NCBI GenBank assembly: GCA_030390025.1
Contig: CM059452.1
Span: forward strand, 9,052,001 to 9,116,000
Reading direction: 5' to 3'
Source: Squalus acanthias
Taxonomy: Eukaryota
DNA: 64,000 nt
Shown here: positions 61,545 through 64,000 of the stretch, in pieces
Layout of the letters: every line of letters starts with the position of its first letter
How positions within the stretch are numbered: the first letter of the stretch is position 1
Notes under the pieces: generated by a model
What the model was told of the DNA's origin: nothing
Database searches by the model: none
Seen by the model: only the letters and a program-made list of their open reading frames with translations
Made by a program: the position numbers and the translations under genes

Positions 61545-61970
61545 GCCATGAGGAATCCTGATTCAGAGGATCGTGGGTTCAAGTCGCACTCCAGATACTT
61601 GAACACAAAATGTGAGCTGACACTCCCAGTGCAGCACTGAGGGAGCGCTGCATTGTCGTCTTCTGGATCAGACGTTAAACCGACGTCTGCTCTCTCAGTT
61701 GGACATAAACGATCCCATGGCTCTATTTGGAGGAAGAGCGGGGCAGTTCTCCCAGGTGGCCTGGCCAATACCTATCCATCACCAAATAATAAGATTATCT
61801 GGTCATTATTACATTGCTGTTTGTGGGACCTTACTGTCTGCAAATTGGCCGCCGCGATTTCTACATTACAACAGTGACCACATTTCAGGAAGTACTTCCT
61901 TGGCAGTAAAGCGCTTTGGGACGTCCAGAGGTCGGGAAAGGCGCTATGTAAAGGCAGTTCTTTCTTTTAT
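61545..61970 (+). mobile_element. tRNA-derived SINE (same family as 26335-26770)
   Basis: B-box-like gggttcaagtc, shared core and tail gtaaagcgctttgggacgtcc. Confidence 0.7.
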
Positions 61971-62268
61971 TTTATATCGGAAGAAAACACAAACAGCATG
62001 ATTGTAAATTAGAAATAGAGCTTTCTCAGGGTAAACCTGAGACTGAGGACACCTCACTCACTGACATCACAGCTGAGGGAAATCTTTGCCGAAGTGCTGG
62101 AATCCTGAACCGTGAGGAACCCTGAGTCAGCACTGACATCGGAAGGAAACACACACTGTGTGATTGGAAATTAGAAATATTTCTGTGCTTTTTACGAATT
62201 CCAATAAAATTGCTGGCAGAGATCAGCGGTCAGAATGGTCTGGGACTTCTCGGGATTGTGTCTCTTAC

Positions 62269-62580
62269 CCGGAGATCTGGAAATGTTTCGGCTTTGGGTG
62301 ACCCCTTGATGAGAGACCTGGCAGGTATAGACCGAGCCAGCGAACCATTCCCCGGCGGGGAATGTCAGCCGACTGGTCGCCGAGAAGTTCCCGTTCACTT
62401 CAAAGACGGGAGAGGTGACGAAGCCCGAATCCATGAGTTGTCCATTCTTCAGCCAATTCACGGTCATTGAGTTTGGACGGAAATCGATGATTGAACACAC
62501 GGCGGTTGCAGACCTGCTGCTGATGATTTCTTCACTGGAACTCAGGGTGAGGATCACAGTTGGATGATGTACCACACGAT
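62269..62580 (-). CDS. IGHM: IgM CH2 exon
   Basis: [12 protein letters not shown]...[23 protein letters not shown]...YTCQVSHQG; 312 nt, AG/GT boundaries. Confidence 0.95.
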
Positions 62581-62649
62581 CTGCAAGAAAATACATTTTA
62601 TTGGGATTATTTGTTGCAATCCAAACAATTAAGAATTGTAAAGTGTTTT

Positions 62650-63190
62650 TTTACATAGAATCTACAACACAGAAACAGGCCACTCGGCCCAACAGGTCGG
62701 TGTTTATGCTCCACATGAGCCTCCTCTCTCCCTACTTCATCTCCCTCATCAACATAACCTTCTATTCATTTCTCCCTCCTGTACCTATCTAGATTCCCCT
62801 GAAACACATCTATGCTGTTTGCCTCAACCACTCCATGTGGTAGCGAGTTCCACATTCTACCCACTCTCTGGGTAAAGAAGTTTCTCCTGAATTCCCTATT
62901 GATTTATTAGTGATTATCTTATATTTATGGCCCCTAGTATCGGGCTCCTCCTCAAGCAGAAATATTGTCGCTATATCTAACCTTTCAACCCCCTTCATAA
63001 TTTTAAAGACCTCTATTCGGTCAACCCACAGACTTCTCTTTTCTAGAAAAAAGATCCCAAACCCGTTCAATCATTCCTGACAGTTACAATTTTTCTTTCT
63101 GGTATCGTCCTTGTAAATCTTTTTTGCACTTCTCCAGTGCCTCTGTATCATTCTTATAATATGGAGACCAGACCTGTACACAGTACACTA
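62650..63190 (-). mobile_element. CR1-type LINE 3' fragment
   Basis: IEVFKIMKG...DTRGHKYKI. Confidence 0.8.
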
Positions 63191-64000
63191 AGTGTGATAT
63201 GGAAACCAAAACTATAGGCAGTACACTCAGTGTTATATGGAGACCAGGCCTGTACACAGCAATCTTTGTGTGATATGGAGACCAGACCTCTACTCAGCAA
63301 TCTATGTGTGATATGGAGACCAGACCTCTACTCAGCAATCTTTGTGTGATATGGAGACCAGACCTCTACTCAGCAATCTATGTGTGATATGGAGACCAGA
63401 CCTGTACACAGTACTCTAAGTGTGATATGGAGACCAGACCTGTGCACAGTACTCTAAGTGTGATATGGATACCCGACCTGTGCACAGTGCTCTAAGTGTG
63501 ATATGGAGACCAGACCTGTGCACAGTGCTCTAAGTGTGATATGGATACCCGACCTGTGCACAGTGCTCTAAGTGTGATATGGAGACCAGACCTGTGCACA
63601 GCACTCTCAGTGTGATATGGAGACCAGACCTGTGCACAGTGCTCTAAGTGTGATATGGAGACCAGACCTGTGGACAGTGCTCTAAGTGTGATATGGAGAC
63701 CAGACCTGTGGACAGTGCTCTAAGTGTGATATGGAGACCAGACCTGTGGACAGTGCTCTAAGTGTGATATGGAGCCCAGACCTGTGCACAGTACTCTAAG
63801 TGTGATATGGAGATCAGACCTGTGCACAGCACTCTGTGTGATATGGAGACCAGACCTGTACACAGTGCTCTAAGTGTGATATGGAGACCAGACCTGTACA
63901 CAGTACTCTAAGTGTGATATGGAGACCAGACCTGTACACAGTGCTCTAAGTGTGATATGGAGACCAGACCTGTACACAGTGCTCTAAGTGTGATATGGAG
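63160..64000. repeat. 39-bp minisatellite derived from CR1 ORF2 sequence
   Basis: Unit gtgtgatatggagaccagacctgtgcacagtgctctaa, the reverse complement of HLEYCVQ.WSPY-coding DNA; runs off-window. Confidence 0.9.

Overview
Vertebrate genomic DNA from a cartilaginous fish (shark-type IgM, NAR-TCR and repeat families); the species cannot be assigned from sequence alone. The window is an immune-receptor locus in which a ~36 kb block of T-cell receptor alpha/delta-type V segments lies between two minus-strand IgM heavy-chain clusters. Right end: CH2, CH3, CH4-secretory, TM1 and TM2 exons of an apparently intact IgM constant region that continues off-window. Left end: a relic IgM cluster reduced to an RSS-less JH and an orphan CH4-secretory exon. 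Between them are a complete NAR-TCR cassette (leader, NAR-like V, 12/12 D, J, supporting V-delta), three further open-frame V genes and six V pseudogenes or fragments in both orientations. The rest is CR1-type LINEs, RTE and Penelope fragments, SINEs, MITEs and minisatellites. The most unusual feature is a ~1.95 kb array of about 33 tandem copies of the supporting V-delta's own 23-RSS, whose V-side boundary coincides with the RAG cleavage position. Coordinates were read by hand: exon and RSS boundaries are near exact, repeat boundaries are approximate.
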